From the human T2T-CHM13v2.0 reference genome, Homo sapiens: a DNA stretch of 64,000 nt. The DNA lies in NCBI RefSeq assembly GCF_009914755.1, contig NC_060935.1; one strand, 5' to 3'. Shown here piece by piece: positions 54,199-64,000 of this stretch. The notes beneath the pieces were generated by a model. That model made no database searches. It was not told where the DNA came from and saw only the letters and a list, made by a program, of their open reading frames with translations. Each line of letters begins with the position of its first letter. The stretch's first letter is position 1. The position numbers were made by a program, and so were the translations under genes.

Positions 54199-54976
54199 TT
54201 AGCAACACACAACTGCCACCAGCCCCACCCACTGAGCCCTGCCCGCCCCACCAACATTTTACAGAAATAAAACTGGGGCTCAGAGTGGCTGAGTAAGTTG
54301 ACCATTCAGTTAGTCTAGAAAGACCCAAAAGAGAATCATGCTCTCCTGAATCAGTTGTGGTTCTAAGGTCAGAGAGATGCGGGTTTGAATCCCTCCCCTG
54401 CACCTACCAACTGGCAGGATTCTTGTCAAGCGTCAGGCGGGCCTGGCTGGAGTGAGATCAAACGTGGGAAGCGCAGTAAGAGCACCACTGCTGTTCTCTC
54501 CTGACCCCACCCCAGAATTTGCAACGCAGTTCAGGGAGATGATCAAAATACTTAAGAGTGTTAAGGAACCCCGAGAGAGGGATCCCAGAAAGAGAGGTGC
54601 TATGGGCAGGCACCAGGGGGCACACCCCACTGCGTGTGGCCAGAATAATCCTGGAGGATTGCCAGAGAAGGGGTGGAGCTGGAGGACCCTGCGGGGCAGG
54701 CTGGATGGCCGGCGGGACCTTCCTGCTGGAGAACAAACCCATGCAGAGACCCAACCCCCGTGTGGGGCACTGGGAAACATTTCGGAGCTGTGAACTCCTC
54801 CTCGTCCTCCCAACAGCGAAGGGCTGCTGCCTCCACAATGCCAAGAGGTGACACCTCTCAGGAGCTTCTGTCTGGCCCAGCCCAGCCTCTTCAGACACTC
54901 CCAGCTCTCCAGTTCTTTTCACTTCCCCACCCCAACACCTCTGTTGAGAATCAAAAAAGAAATGGCCTGATAAAGA

Positions 54977-55665
<689 letters not shown>

Positions 55666-55904
55666 TGAAAGTTCCCAATCCCCTCACCTACATCCTCCCC
55701 TCCCCGCTGTCCTCAGGCCCACCATCCAGGAGGAAGTCATACCACTCTGATCACATCTTGGAGGGTCTCAGCAGAGTCCACGCGCAGCCTTCACCTAGGG
55801 CATTAACAGAATACGTGAGCTTCTCTTTCCCCATTTCCTTCTCCCCCTCCCTCCCTCACTCCTCCTACCCGGGATCTCCTCCTAAATGAATTATCCTTCC
55901 TTTT

Positions 55905-56620
<716 letters not shown>

Positions 56621-56621
56621 C

Positions 56622-62810
<6,189 letters not shown>

Positions 62811-62812
62811 CA

Positions 62813-64000
<1,188 letters not shown>

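Overview
Primate genomic DNA, almost certainly human chr11q13.2: GC-rich and very Alu-dense (roughly 80-90 Alu copies or fragments counted by eye). It carries two complete + strand coding sequences that I reassembled by hand from GT-AG exons. SYT12 (synaptotagmin-12) has 7 coding exons at 2637-21232, encodes 421 aa and has AATAAA at 23261; its promoter/first exon lies upstream of the window. RHOD has 5 exons at 29378-44076, encodes 210 aa and has a CpG-island promoter. A SYT12 intron contains MIR6860. The last ~19.5 kb is intergenic and mostly repeats (Alu, MIR, L2, Tigger7, L1MC, L1PA) with a few unique islands. Nearly all other ORFs in the track are Alu-derived or GC-rich noise. The most interesting observations are: (1) a ~50-nt poly(A)-tailed double-hairpin retrocopy, apparently from an LTR R region; (2) a TMV-type UAG-CAR-YYA readthrough context at the SYT12 stop; (3) a tailed-mirtron hairpin covering the SYT12 3' splice site; (4) an AAGAAA poly(A) signal for RHOD whose downstream U-rich element comes from an Alu; (5) dense transcription-factor motif clusters and a CTCF pair; (6) several nested, repeated-target or gene-converted retroelements. 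Repeat subfamily names and boundaries are from memory of consensus sequences and are approximate. No database was searched.
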